Shown piece after piece: positions 1 to 8,584 of a stretch of DNA of 23,205 nt. The stretch is from sequence record DRR378314_402; one strand, given 5' to 3'. Each line of letters begins with the position of its first letter. Position 1 is the stretch's first letter. Below the pieces are notes generated by a model. That model was not told the DNA's origin. It saw only the letters and a list, made by a program, of their open reading frames with translations, and did not search any database. Position numbers and translations under genes: made by a program.

Positions 1-699
1 TTCAACCACCAGATTCTGGATGGGGCCACCGGTGTTTTCAAAGTATAAATCTACGCCATCAGGAGTCAGTTTAGTCAGTTGGTCGCGCAAGTCATCGGTT
101 TTATAATTAATTGCGCCGTCAAAGCCGAGTTCGTTGACTATCCAGTTGGCTTTTTCGTCACTGCCGACAACACCTATCACGTTAAGGCCTTCGGCTTTTG
201 CTATCTGACCGACTATTGAGCCGACTGAACCTGCAGCGCCTGTTACTACGATGGTTTCTCCACTTTTAGGTTTACCTACATTAAGTAACCCTTGCGTAGC
301 AGTTAACCCGGGTAAGGCGAATACTGAGAGTACAGTTTCGTCAGGTACGTCGGCCTGAACCTTGTTAATACCTTTTCCGTCGCTCAGTGCATATTCCTGC
401 CAGCCCATCATGCCCATAACCCGGTCGCCGACTTCAAACTCAGGATGGTTACTCTCGACAACCTCTCCGACACCCGAGCTGCGCATTACCGTGTTTAATT
501 CAACTGGTGGTATGTAGCTCTCTGTATCGGGGCTCATCCAGCCAAACATCGCAGGATCAAGAGACATTTGCCGCTGTTTTATTAATATTTCACCGGAACC
601 GGTTTTCGGGAGCTCCTTTTCCGTTACTTCAAAAATGTCCGCTGAGACTGGGCCCGGTTCAGGGCGCTTAACCAGTTTAATCGCTTTATAAGTCGTCAT
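1..699 (-). CDS. NADP-dependent oxidoreductase, zinc-independent MDR family (prostaglandin reductase/CurA-like); 5' part only, runs off the window edge
   Basis: Absent from the ORF track because the stop lies outside the window. Manual translation from ATG at 699: MTTYKAIKLVKRPEPGPVSADIFEV...MSLDPAMFGWM...YIPPVELNTVMRSSGVGEVVESNHPEFEVGDRVMGMMGWQEYA...LPGLTATQGLL...GETIVVTGAAGSVGSIVGQIAK. This includes the SLDP motif and the GAAGSVG Rossmann motif typical of PTGR/CurA proteins. GAGGG RBS upstream. Confidence 0.9.
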   Translation of the reverse strand, partial: MTTYKAIKLVKRPEPGPVSADIFEVTEKELPKTGSGEILIKQRQMSLDPAMFGWMSPDTESYIPPVELNTVMRSSGVGEVVESNHPEFEVGDRVMGMMGWQEYALSDGKGINKVQADVPDETVLSVFALPGLTATQGLLNVGKPKSGETIVVTGAAGSVGSIVGQIAKAEGLNVIGVVGSDEKANWIVNELGFDGAINYKTDDLRDQLTKLTPDGVDLYFENTGGPIQNLVVE

Positions 700-771
700 A
701 GAGTTCCCTCTTTATTAGGTTGTATGTAAGCCATATATGGCTACTCAGGTTACTTAATGAAAGGCCAATGC

Positions 772-787
772 TGTGAGATTTATCACA
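772..787. promoter_or_regulatory. CRP (cAMP receptor protein) binding site
   Basis: TGTGA-gattta-TCACA, an exact match to the TGTGA-N6-TCACA core, in an AT-rich divergent intergenic region. Confidence 0.7.
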
Positions 788-956
788 TTCTTTTGTAAAC
801 ACTAGTTGCCGGATATTGTTAACTTTACCTAAGTCGATTAATATCAAACAGATAGTTGCTGTTCTGAAAAGGATGTCGGACATTGCGTAAACTCTGTCGG
901 CTTATTCTTTTCTTACTATAAAAACTGTTTACGCCTATATAACAAGGAGATAAAAA

Positions 957-1211
957 ATGAAAGACGTTCTATTTTTTAACAATATGCTGACACCGAAGAT
1001 CATTACCTTTGTGTATTGGATTTTGCTTTTGGCCGCCGTTGTTGGTGGGGTAAGCACTATGTTTATGGGATATGAAGGTTTTACCTTTGGTAACTTCCTT
1101 AAAGGGATATTTTACGCTCTGGCCGGAGGCGTTGGTGCCAGAATTTGGTGTGAGCTTCTTATTGTTCTGTTTAAAATGAACGAAGCTCTGCAGGATCTTC
1201 GTAAGAAGTAA
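957..1211 (+). CDS. Small inner-membrane protein, DUF4282-like
   Basis: 84 aa with two hydrophobic helices, N-terminal FF..MLTPKIITFVYW and C-terminal RIWCELLIVLFKMNEAL patterns recalled for DUF4282. AAGGAG RBS upstream. Confidence 0.8.
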   Translation: MKDVLFFNNMLTPKIITFVYWILLLAAVVGGVSTMFMGYEGFTFGNFLKGIFYALAGGVGARIWCELLIVLFKMNEALQDLRKK

Positions 1212-1266
1212 GTGATAGAAATAAAGACATGTAACGCTTCTAAGTGGAGCTTTCTATAAGTTGCGC

Positions 1267-1295
1267 GGCCCTCCTGTTGGAGGGCCTTTTATTTT
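1267..1295 (+). terminator. Rho-independent terminator after the DUF4282-like gene
   Basis: GGCCCTCC-tgtt-GGAGGGCC perfect 8-bp stem followed by TTTTATTTT. Confidence 0.88.
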
Positions 1296-1355
1296 AGGTC
1301 TTTTCTCATGACTCAAATGAGCCTATTCTAGGGTTATACAACTCACTAACATCAG

Positions 1356-3914
1356 GTGCCACCGTTCTTGCGAAACCTTATTGCTATTGCTTTATTGCTA
1401 CTTGCTTCGGGGTCAATGGCTCAGGATGTAACATTGAAAGTGGGTGTTTATGACAACCCGCCCAAAATCATGTTCGATGAATACGGCCAGTTGAGCGGTA
1501 TTCATGGCCAGCTTCTTATGACTATTGCACAGCGTCATAATTGGCAACTGGTGCCGGTAGAATGTGAATGGGATCAATGCTTAAAGCTCTTGCGCGAGGG
1601 GCGAATTGATATTTTCCCGGATGTTGTGAAAAACGATGAAAGAGAGACTTGGGCTAGTTTTCATAATGAGCCTGCTTTATTGAGTTGGTCACAGCTTTAT
1701 GCGCCGAAAGAAGAAAAAATTACCAACCTTTTAGATTTGAACAACAAACGTGTGGCGGTACTGCGGGACTCTGTTCAGGAAGAGTATCTAAAACAATTAA
1801 TTGAGAATTTTGATCTAAACAGTGAGCTTTATCCGGTGCAGAGCCTTGCCGAAGGGTTTGATGCGGTTGTTGCGGGAAAGGTCAACGCCACTTCGGCGGA
1901 TCAGCTTTTTGGCGATAAGCAGGTGACAGAATATGCCATTGAAATGACCCCCATCATGTTTCTTCCTAATGAGGTTTTCTTTGCCGTTCCTAAAGGTTCT
2001 CATGCAGATATTCTGTCAACTCTGGACAGAGAGCTAAAGCGCTTAAAAGCCGATGAAAACTCCGATTACTATGAAATTATTGAACGCTGGAGTTCAGGGC
2101 AAAGTCACTTAACAATTTCTGTTTACGTTTGGTGGTTAATGACGGCATTGGTCTTACTATTCTTGACTGTTGTTGGGTTTAATCTGCTTTTGCGTCGCAA
2201 GGTTACCGAAAAAACACAAGCGCTGGCTGAAAGTAAGTATCGTTTGAATACCATTTTAGACAGTGTTGAAGCTTATATTTTTATCAAAGATAAAGAGCTG
2301 AAGTATCAGTATGCGAACCAGCAGGTTTTAAAACTGTTTCAGTTAAAACTGGGTGATTTCATCGGAAAAACCGATGCCGATTTGTTTGATAAAAGCACCG
2401 CCGATACGCTTAAAGTTTTTGACAACAAAGTAATAAAAAGCGGTAAACGGGCGGCTCAGGAAGAAATGAGCTTTCTGCCTGACAAAAAAAATCCGCTTCA
2501 TTTTTGGTCTGTAAAAGTGCCGTTATATGATGCCAATAAGAAGGTTATTGGCTTGTGCGGAATTTGTACTGACATTTCAGAATACCAGAGCATGAAAGAA
2601 GAAATTCAGTCTCTTGCGTACTTCGACCCTTTAACCGGCCTGGCGAATAGACGTTTCATGCTGGAGCGTTTGAAAGACGAGTTTTATCGTTACCAGAATG
2701 GCGGAGATGATGGTGTGCTGGCAATGTTGGATATCGACCAGTTCAAGAAAGTGAATGACAGCGTAAGCCATGACGCGGGAGACGAGCTTTTGGTTCTGTT
2801 TGGCCAGAGACTGGAGTCTGAGCTGCTTCAGACTGAAACTGCCGGACGTCTGGGGGCCGATGAATTTATGGTGCTGTTAAAGAGTAAAAGCGGTATTAAT
2901 CTGCTGGACGATAAGAATCTGCGTCAGCGCCTGCAGGTGTTGGTAGAGCGTTTAAGTGAGCCTTACCAATTAGGCGAAAAAACGGAGTCGATATCAGTCA
3001 GTATGGGCGTCACTTTGTTTTCCGATGCGCAAAACACCGGAGATCTACTTCAGGGAGCCGACCTGGCGCTGTCGCAGGCAAAAGAGACCAATGCATCAAA
3101 GCTGCAATTTTTTAATACGGGCATACAGCGCGAATTTAATTATCGGCAAAAGATGATAACTGGGTTACGACAGGCAATAACGACAGAGTCACTGGAAGTG
3201 TATTTGCAGCCGCAGTACCAACAGCTAACGGATGAGGCCAGCCAGCGTTGTTTGGGCTTTGAAGCGTTACTCCGTTGGTACGACGAAGAACTTGGCTGGG
3301 TGTCTCCCGCAGAGTTTATTCCGTTAGCCGAAAGTCAGGGACTCATGCCCGACCTGCATCGGTTGGTGCTGAATCAGGTACTGGCAGCCATTCCCAAATT
3401 GCAACACGCTATAAGTGATAAAGGCGGACGTGTTGCGATAAACGTCAGTGCCAGCCAGTTTAAATACCCCGGATTTGTAGAAGATATTGAAGCCCGTTTA
3501 ACGGCGGCTGGTATTCCCGGAGAGTTGCTTGAGCTGGAAGTAACCGAGAGTTTACTCATTGATGATATTGAAAACACGGCTGCGAATATGGAAAGGCTAA
3601 AACGCCTGGGAGTGACCTTTGCGCTGGATGATTTTGGAACCGGTTACGCCTCTTTGGGTTATTTGAAACGTTTGCCCTTAAATTCGTTAAAGATAGATCA
3701 ATCTTTTGTGCGAGACATGAAAAACGGCAACAGCGATGAAGCTATAGTAAGAACGGTGATAGCACTGGGCAAAAGTCTTGATTTAGCCATTATCGCGGAA
3801 GGCGTCGAAACGGAGGAGCACTTGCATAAACTACAGGAAATGGGGTGTTTTTGTTTTCAGGGGTACTATTTTGCCAGGCCAGAACCAAGCCACTTCTGGA
3901 TGTCTGATGAGTGA
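1356..3914 (+). CDS. Membrane-anchored c-di-GMP signalling protein: periplasmic solute-binding domain + TM + PAS + GGDEF (GADEF variant) + EAL
   Basis: Signal peptide (..LLLLASGSMA/QD); SBP family-3-like domain (LKVGVYDNPP, W..CL..L..G.ID); TM helix VWWLMTALVLLFLTVVGFNLLL; PAS (IFIKD...Y.YAN); DPLTGLANRR, DIDQFKKVND and RLGADEF; EAL domain with FEALLRW, AINVS, ELEVTE, LDDFGTGY, LKID, AEGVE and QGYYF. The GTG start is somewhat uncertain. Confidence 0.92.
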   Translation: MPPFLRNLIAIALLLLASGSMAQDVTLKVGVYDNPPKIMFDEYGQLSGIHGQLLMTIAQRHNWQLVPVECEWDQCLKLLREGRIDIFPDVVKNDERETWASFHNEPALLSWSQLYAPKEEKITNLLDLNNKRVAVLRDSVQEEYLKQLIENFDLNSELYPVQSLAEGFDAVVAGKVNATSADQLFGDKQVTEYAIEMTPIMFLPNEVFFAVPKGSHADILSTLDRELKRLKADENSDYYEIIERWSSGQSHLTISVYVWWLMTALVLLFLTVVGFNLLLRRKVTEKTQALAESKYRLNTILDSVEAYIFIKDKELKYQYANQQVLKLFQLKLGDFIGKTDADLFDKSTADTLKVFDNKVIKSGKRAAQEEMSFLPDKKNPLHFWSVKVPLYDANKKVIGLCGICTDISEYQSMKEEIQSLAYFDPLTGLANRRFMLERLKDEFYRYQNGGDDGVLAMLDIDQFKKVNDSVSHDAGDELLVLFGQRLESELLQTETAGRLGADEFMVLLKSKSGINLLDDKNLRQRLQVLVERLSEPYQLGEKTESISVSMGVTLFSDAQNTGDLLQGADLALSQAKETNASKLQFFNTGIQREFNYRQKMITGLRQAITTESLEVYLQPQYQQLTDEASQRCLGFEALLRWYDEELGWVSPAEFIPLAESQGLMPDLHRLVLNQVLAAIPKLQHAISDKGGRVAINVSASQFKYPGFVEDIEARLTAAGIPGELLELEVTESLLIDDIENTAANMERLKRLGVTFALDDFGTGYASLGYLKRLPLNSLKIDQSFVRDMKNGNSDEAIVRTVIALGKSLDLAIIAEGVETEEHLHKLQEMGCFCFQGYYFARPEPSHFWMSDE

Positions 3915-3923
3915 GTTTAAGCA

Positions 3924-4346
3924 ATGCTAATTTCCTTTATCTGTAACTCGATTATTGTCGGCTTAGCGGTTATTTTTCACTACGAAGCGCTTAACCGAAT
4001 AGGCTGGCTGATCACTCACATGAGAATGTTCAGTCAAATTCGACTGATGTTTGGGGTTATGCTCGCAATTATCGCGCATACCGTAGAGGTCTCTATTTTT
4101 GCGCTTGCTTATTACTTTATGCATCACGAAGAAGGTTTTGGCACCTTAGTCGGTAATTTTGATGGAAGTTTTTTGGATGCCTTATACTTTTCTTTCACGG
4201 TTTTTAGTACGGTTGGTTTTGGCGATATAGAGCCTTCGGGAGCACTCCGCTTTTTAACTGGTGTGGAGAGTTTAACTGGTTTAGTTTTAATTACCTGGAC
4301 GGCTTCATTCTTGTATGTCGAAATGCAGCGCTACTGGCACCGTTAA
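3924..4346 (+). CDS. Small potassium-channel family protein (Ion_trans_2-like pore domain)
   Basis: 140 aa and hydrophobic. Pore helix FLDALYFSFTVFS followed by selectivity filter TVGFGD (4209-4226), then an inner helix. No RCK domain. Confidence 0.85.
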   Translation: MLISFICNSIIVGLAVIFHYEALNRIGWLITHMRMFSQIRLMFGVMLAIIAHTVEVSIFALAYYFMHHEEGFGTLVGNFDGSFLDALYFSFTVFSTVGFGDIEPSGALRFLTGVESLTGLVLITWTASFLYVEMQRYWHR

Positions 4347-4373
4347 CTGAAACATTTGCTAACAGAAGCCTGC

Positions 4374-4402
4374 TTCTATAAAGCTGTCAGGCGGTGTATC
4401 TT
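4374..4402 (+). promoter_or_regulatory. Candidate sigma70 promoter for ompR-envZ
   Basis: TTCTAT (4374-4379), 17-bp spacer, TATCTT (4397-4402). The -35 is weak. Confidence 0.3.
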
Positions 4403-4438
4403 TATGGCTGAGGCATACCAGCTTGGAAAACAAAACTG

Positions 4439-5164
4439 ATGATGCAGGAAACATTAAAAATTTTAGTGGTAGATGATGACGCACGGCTGCGAAGCTTGCT
4501 GGAGCGTTATCTTACTGAGCAAAACTTTCAGGTACGGGTGGCGCAGGACTCTGAGCAAATGGACCGCTTGCTGACCCGGGAAAACTTTAATTTACTCGTA
4601 CTGGATTTAATGCTGCCGGGCGAAGACGGACTCTCCATTTGCAAGCGTTTGCGTAGCCAGGGAAACAATCTGCCGGTCATTATGCTAACCGCAAAGGGCG
4701 ACGAAGTGGACCGTATTATTGGCCTGGAACTCGGTGCTGATGACTATCTGGCTAAGCCTTTTAACCCTAGAGAGCTGTTAGCTCGCGTCAGAGCGGTACT
4801 GCGCCGGCGGGGTACCGAAGCTCCTGGTGCTCCCTCGCAGGAAGATCAGGAAATAACCTTCGGTGAATTCCGGCTGAATCTGGGTACTCGCGAAATGTTT
4901 CGCGGCGACACACCTATGCCGCTGACCAGTGGTGAATTTGCGGTACTCAAAGCTCTTGTTAATAATGCACGGCAGCCACTTTCGCGCGACAAGTTAATGC
5001 ATCTGGCTCGTGGTCGTGACTACAGTGCGCTGGAGCGCTCGATTGACGTGCAGGTGTCTCGTTTAAGACGTATGCTGGAGGTCGATCCGACTAAGCCCCG
5101 ATATATTCAGACGGTGTGGGGTCTGGGCTACGTGTTTGTGCCGGATGGTCAACTGAAGTCCTGA
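4439..5164 (+). CDS. ompR: Two-component response regulator OmpR
   Basis: Very close to E. coli Omp[81 protein letters not shown]. The start may be the second ATG (4442). Confidence 0.97.
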   Translation: MMQETLKILVVDDDARLRSLLERYLTEQNFQVRVAQDSEQMDRLLTRENFNLLVLDLMLPGEDGLSICKRLRSQGNNLPVIMLTAKGDEVDRIIGLELGADDYLAKPFNPRELLARVRAVLRRRGTEAPGAPSQEDQEITFGEFRLNLGTREMFRGDTPMPLTSGEFAVLKALVNNARQPLSRDKLMHLARGRDYSALERSIDVQVSRLRRMLEVDPTKPRYIQTVWGLGYVFVPDGQLKS

Positions 5165-6474
5165 TGAAACTTTTTCCTAAGTCAGCGTTTGCCCGCACGG
5201 TTGCGCTGCTGGCTCTGGTGTTGCTTATTAACCAGCTCGTTTCTTACGTGATGGTAAGCAATTATGTTGTCAGACCCTCTATAGAACAAATTAATGAGCT
5301 GGTTGCTAAACACATCCGCACCATGTTTATCCCCCGTCAGCATTTAGCTGAAACCGAGCGCGAGCTCATGACCAGTTATACTGAAGCGACCGGCATTGAA
5401 GTCTTTAATGATGAAGCCGCTGAAAAGCAGGGCTTAGGTAACTCAACCTATTATGGTTATTTATCGGATGACATGAGTGATATGCTGGGTGGTGAAGCGC
5501 AAGTACGGGTAGCTCAGGGCAATAAATTCTATTTGTGGGTAAAACCTCCGCGTGCGCCTGACTTCTGGATACGCGTGCCCCTGGATAGTATGCAGCAGGG
5601 ACGCTTCTCGCCATTGGTGATGTACCTGGTACTCATTGGTTTGCTGAGCGTGTTCGGCGGTATGCTATTTGCCAACTGGTTAAACCGACCGTTAAAAGCT
5701 CTGGAGGACTCTGCCCGAAGAGTTGGACGGGGAGAGTTTCCTGAGCAACTGTCTGAAAAAGGGGCGACCGAAATTGTGGCTGTGACCCGCGCTTTTAATC
5801 AAATGTCGCGCGGTATTCGCGAGTTGGAAAATGACCGTAACCTTTTAATGGCCGGTGTTTCTCACGACTTAAGAACCCCTCTTACTCGCATTCGTCTGGC
5901 TGCGGAAATGATGCCGCAGGGCGAAGACTGCCTGGCTCAGGGCATTATTGAAGATATAGACGACATGAACGACATTATTGATCAGTTTATTGATTACGTT
6001 CGTCTTGATCAGCAGGAGTCGAGCAGCAGAGAGTCGCTGAATGAGCTGATAGAGCAAACTGTGGCGAATGTTCCGGATAACTGGCAAAAGCAGTTTGAGC
6101 TGGATTTAGGCAAGTTGCCCAGAGTTTGGTTACGTCCCTTGTCTATGAAGCGAGTCATTATTAATTTGCTGGAAAATGCTGAACGTTACGGGAAACATCA
6201 AGTGGTGGTCAGCTCCGGGCATGATAAAAAGCAAAAACGTGTCTGGTTTAGAGTAACAGATGACGGCCCGGGTATTCCCGAAGAGCAGCAGGCCACATTA
6301 TTTGAGCCTTTTACTCAGGGCGATAAAGCGCGTGGCGGCGTTGGTTCCGGTCTGGGGTTGGCTATTATTAAGCGCATTGTCGACCGGCACGACGGCAGTA
6401 TAAAACTGCAAAACCGCCCGGAAGGCGGCTTGTGCGTGCGGATTGAACTGCCGCTGAATCAGCAACGGCAGTAA
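5164..6474 (+). CDS. envZ: Sensor histidine kinase EnvZ
   Basis: ATG at 5164 overlaps the ompR TGA (TGATG), and [12 protein letters not shown] resembles the EnvZ N-terminus. Two TM helices, HAMP domain, H-box [19 protein letters not shown]-box NLLENA.RYG, G1 DDGPGI and G2 GSGLGL. The ORF-track start at 5116 is probably too long. Confidence 0.95.
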   Translation: MKLFPKSAFARTVALLALVLLINQLVSYVMVSNYVVRPSIEQINELVAKHIRTMFIPRQHLAETERELMTSYTEATGIEVFNDEAAEKQGLGNSTYYGYLSDDMSDMLGGEAQVRVAQGNKFYLWVKPPRAPDFWIRVPLDSMQQGRFSPLVMYLVLIGLLSVFGGMLFANWLNRPLKALEDSARRVGRGEFPEQLSEKGATEIVAVTRAFNQMSRGIRELENDRNLLMAGVSHDLRTPLTRIRLAAEMMPQGEDCLAQGIIEDIDDMNDIIDQFIDYVRLDQQESSSRESLNELIEQTVANVPDNWQKQFELDLGKLPRVWLRPLSMKRVIINLLENAERYGKHQVVVSSGHDKKQKRVWFRVTDDGPGIPEEQQATLFEPFTQGDKARGGVGSGLGLAIIKRIVDRHDGSIKLQNRPEGGLCVRIELPLNQQRQ

Positions 6475-6480
6475 TCTTGA

Positions 6481-7899
6481 TTACAGCAACAGGCGGTTAA
6501 TACCGTTAAGAGCCGCAACCCGGTAGGCTTCCGCCATGGTCGGATAGTTAAAGGTGGTGTTGACGAAGTAGTCGATGGTGTTACCACCGTTTTTCTGCTC
6601 CATAATAGCCTGACCAATGTGGATAATTTCTGAAGCTCGCTCGCCAAAACAGTGAAGCCCCAGCAGTTCTCGCGTTTCACGGTGGAATAATAATTTCAGA
6701 CAACCCACGTCGGCACCGGAGATTTGCGCCCGTGCAAGGTGCTTAAACTGCGCACGGCCGACCTCATAAGGTACTTTCATTTCAGTCAGTTCTTCTTCAG
6801 TTTTACCAACCGAGCTGATTTCCGGAATGGTGTAAATACCGGTAGGAATATCGCTGATAAGTGCTTTGTCGCAATTACCGTTAATAATAGCGGAAGCACA
6901 GATCCGTCCCTGATCGTATGCTGCGCTGGCTAAACTGGGGTAACCAATAATGTCGCCGACTGCATAAATATTATCGACACTGGTCTGGTAATTTTCATTT
7001 ACCTCCAATTGGCCGCGATAGTTGGGTTCAAGCCCTACCGCCTGGCAGTCAAGCTGTTCAATGTTACCGGAACGGCCATTAGCAAAAAGCAGACAGTCGG
7101 CAGCCATGGTCTTACCGGACTTAGTTTTCAGCACCACTTTGTCATCGTGCCCGGTAATGCTTTCGTATTCTTCATTGTGGCGAATGACAACGCCACTGTT
7201 GCGCAAGTGATAACTCAGCGCATCTGAAATTTCAGCATCCAGAAAAGAAAGCAGGCGTTCACGCTGGTTTATTAAGTCCACTTTAACGCCCATACCCCGG
7301 AAAATACTGGCGTATTCACTGCCCACCACACCTGCACCGTATATCAGAATGGTTTTAGGTTCATGAGACAACGACAACACTTTATCTGAGTCGTAAATGC
7401 GCGGATGCGAAAAGTCGACGTCTTTCGGGTTGTATGGGCGTGATCCTGTAGCGATAACGACATGTTTTGTGATCAAGTCATCGACAGAGCCGTCCAGTTT
7501 GGTGACCCGAATGCGGTTCTTGTCTAAAAAAGAAGCTGTACCGTGCACCACAGTAACGTCGTTACGGTCGTAAAACGAACTGCGTAATTTCACCTGTTTA
7601 CGAATAACCGATTCTGCATAGTGCAATATGTGACTGAAAGTCATACCGCTCTGCCAGCCAGGGCCGGAAAACAATGGATTATTATTGTATTCAATTAGAC
7701 GACTGACGGAGTGTCGCAAAGCTTTGGATGGAATGGTTCCCCAATGCGTGCAACCGCCGCCAAGGGCTTTATGTTTTTCTACTATGGCAACGTTGTAGCC
7801 GCTTTTGGCCAATTGCATGGCAGCGCCTTCGCCGCCGGGACCAGTACCGATGACAACGACATCGAATTCTGTTTCGGTTTCAGGCTTTATTGCAGTCAT
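6481..7899 (-). CDS. sthA: Soluble pyridine nucleotide transhydrogenase
   Basis: [14 protein letters not shown] motif, [16 protein letters not shown] (single Cys, unlike CxxxxC disulfide reductases), [14 protein letters not shown], and C-terminal [26 protein letters not shown], all diagnostic of SthA/UdhA. Confidence 0.96.
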   Translation of the reverse strand: MTAIKPETETEFDVVVIGTGPGGEGAAMQLAKSGYNVAIVEKHKALGGGCTHWGTIPSKALRHSVSRLIEYNNNPLFSGPGWQSGMTFSHILHYAESVIRKQVKLRSSFYDRNDVTVVHGTASFLDKNRIRVTKLDGSVDDLITKHVVIATGSRPYNPKDVDFSHPRIYDSDKVLSLSHEPKTILIYGAGVVGSEYASIFRGMGVKVDLINQRERLLSFLDAEISDALSYHLRNSGVVIRHNEEYESITGHDDKVVLKTKSGKTMAADCLLFANGRSGNIEQLDCQAVGLEPNYRGQLEVNENYQTSVDNIYAVGDIIGYPSLASAAYDQGRICASAIINGNCDKALISDIPTGIYTIPEISSVGKTEEELTEMKVPYEVGRAQFKHLARAQISGADVGCLKLLFHRETRELLGLHCFGERASEIIHIGQAIMEQKNGGNTIDYFVNTTFNYPTMAEAYRVAALNGINRLLL

Positions 7900-7933
7900 A
7901 TTACTCGCTTCACTACCGGTGTACGGGCTTTAG

Positions 7934-7962
7934 ATAGTAGCACTGTATAAGAAAAGCGTAAA
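7934..7962 (-). promoter_or_regulatory. sigma70 promoter for sthA
   Basis: Minus strand: TTTACG (7962-7957), 17-bp spacer, TGc-TACTAT (extended -10, hexamer 7939-7934), about 35 nt upstream of the ATG. Confidence 0.6.
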
Positions 7963-8026
7963 TTGACACTGTTTTCTGTGCGCAGAGTCGTTATAGTAAA
8001 GAGAGACAATGACTTGGAACCGTTGT

Positions 8027-8584
8027 ATGAGTAAAGAAAAACAAGTCCCGCAAATTCTGGCTCGTCGTGTCGTAGCACAAAGCCGCTTAATGCGTATTGA
8101 GGCCGTCGACCTTAAATTTAGCAATGGTGAGCAGCGTCAGTTTGAGCGCATGAAAGGCAGCGGTCGCGGCGCGGTGATGATTGTTCCCTGCCTGGATGAA
8201 GAAACTTTGTTACTGATTCGGGAATACGCTGCAGGCCTTCACGACTATCAACTCGGTTTTCCCAAAGGCCTGATTGACCCGGGCGAAACCCCGGAAGAGG
8301 CTGCTCAGCGTGAGCTAAAAGAAGAAGTTGGTTACGGCAGCCGTCAACTTGAATTCTTAATGGAAGTGTCTCTCGCGCCTCAGTTTTTCTCCGCCAAAAT
8401 GAGTGTTTTCGTAGCTCGCGATTTATACCCCGAAAGCTTGCCGGGCGACGAACCTGAGCCGTTGGAAAAAGTGACCTGGCCATTAAACGATATTGACAAC
8501 CTGCTGGCTCAACCCGATTTTTCTGAAGCGCGAAGTGTTGCGGCGCTGTTAATGCTTTTGCGTAATCTGAGTGAGGCACAGTAG
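8027..8584 (+). CDS. nudE: ADP compounds hydrolase NudE (Nudix)
   Basis: SRL..IEAVDL.FSNG..R.FERM, AVMIVP, LIREYA.G, Nudix box GLIDPGETPEEAAQRELKEEVGY, and DLYPESL.GDEPEPL all match E. coli NudE. ATG 8027 (MSKEK) fits the homologue length; the alternative start is 8009. Confidence 0.94.
   Translation: MSKEKQVPQILARRVVAQSRLMRIEAVDLKFSNGEQRQFERMKGSGRGAVMIVPCLDEETLLLIREYAAGLHDYQLGFPKGLIDPGETPEEAAQRELKEEVGYGSRQLEFLMEVSLAPQFFSAKMSVFVARDLYPESLPGDEPEPLEKVTWPLNDIDNLLAQPDFSEARSVAALLMLLRNLSEAQ

Noticed and set aside
820..848. Possible sigmaE promoter (TAACTT...TCAAA) for the DUF4282-like gene
   Set aside because: The spacer is 18 bp rather than about 16, and the -35 lacks the GGAA core.
686..883. 65-aa minus-strand ORF in the first intergenic region
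   Set aside because: No recognisable motif or RBS. It overlaps the oxidoreductase start in another frame and runs across the CRP box and palindrome, so it is most likely a chance ORF in regulatory DNA.
7963..7997. Perfect TTGACA and TATAGT upstream of nudE
   Set aside because: They are 23 bp apart, too far for one sigma70 promoter. TATAGT alone may still be the nudE -10.
8118..8579. 153-aa ORF antisense to nudE
   Set aside because: Lies fully opposite a well-conserved gene, with no motifs and atypical composition; a shadow ORF.
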